Position numbers and translations under genes: made by a program | Assembly (NCBI GenBank): GCA_036172245.1 | Contig: JAYWIR010000065.1 | Location: forward strand, 62,001 to 126,000 | Direction of reading: 5' to 3' | Length of the DNA: 64,000 bases | Source of the DNA: Raillietiella orientalis | Lineage: Eukaryota | Notes under the pieces: model-generated | Databases searched by the model: none | What the model saw: only the letters and a program-made list of their open reading frames with translations | Told to the model about the DNA's origin: nothing | Shown: positions 63,520-64,000 of the stretch, piece after piece | Layout of the letters: each line of letters opens with the position of its first letter | How positions within the stretch are numbered: position 1 is the stretch's first letter

Positions 63520-64000
63520 TACGCCTTCCTGCTGAGTGACCCGCTGCTTCAAGTTCGTGGGTCAAGTCCGCGTCCGGTGGCCCGTGGGAATTGCATTTGA
63601 GGTCTCCTTCCATGTTCGGAAGTGAGTCGTGGTCTTTTCAACAAGGTGGTCTTTGTCTGGAAAACTGGTTCGTCAGATACATGCCATTGAAACCCACTCT
63701 GAGCTCCTGGTACCTTTCTCGCGCGCACCCTTTTTGTAGACAGAAATGTCGGAAAATTTGAATGATCCCCGTGAAATAAGCGACCAGGGAATGCTTAAGC
63801 TCAAACGAAGGAATCTTGAGAGCACGTGAGCGTCTGGGAATCCGGACTCCCTGCTTGCCGAATTGGATGAAACCACTCCGTTTCTTAGCACAAGAGAAAC
63901 ACACATGAAGAAGGAGGATTTGATCAAAGGCAGGATCTGCTTCGCCTGTGTATCTGGATGGTAAAGAATTTTCCACCACAATTTAAGCACCGTGCCGGAA
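63520..64000 (-). pseudogene. Cytochrome P450 relic (I-helix end to haem loop), intronless
   Basis: LWWKILYHPDTQAK (~W..HPxVQxK), SRFLRL (~ExLR), KGT, FPD, AIPTGHRTRT*P (~PFGxGxRxC, Cys lost). Confidence 0.55.

Noticed and set aside
1..64000. CRISPR arrays, prokaryotic operons or endogenous viral genes
   Set aside because: No regularly spaced repeats, intact operons or viral hallmark motifs were recognised, although 40-45 kb remains largely unassigned.

Overview
Eukaryotic nuclear DNA, probably from an arthropod: the mitochondrial inserts read in the invertebrate mt code and ND3/ND5 are convergent. I find no intact protein-coding gene. The window is a dense graveyard of degenerate sequences with four components. 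(1) About 15 fragments of L1/Tx1-type non-LTR retrotransposons from several families (APE endonuclease, RT, C-terminal Zn finger, CCHC-knuckle ORF1), mostly on the minus strand and concentrated at 10.3-48 kb. (2) Mitochondrial pseudogenes interleaved with these L1s: ND5 in two pieces, trnR, ND3, CYTB, and a very decayed ATP6-end/COX3/(ND2)/COX1 block. (3) About five highly decayed piggyBac relics, plus pogo, Gypsy, BEL/Pao and RLE-type non-LTR relics. (4) Apparently intronless, heavily mutated host-gene relics (OPA1-like, P450, DEAD-box, sulfotransferase, MFS), all on the minus strand. The most notable observations are the L1/mtDNA mosaic, an L1 3'-terminal stem-loop that resembles a palindrome at the mt ND5/ND3 convergence point, a COX1 relic that appears to have decayed with a mitochondrial-type strand bias, and an antisense bias suggestive of a piRNA-cluster-like locus. 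All assignments come from manual translation and motif recognition; no searches were run, and boundaries are approximate.
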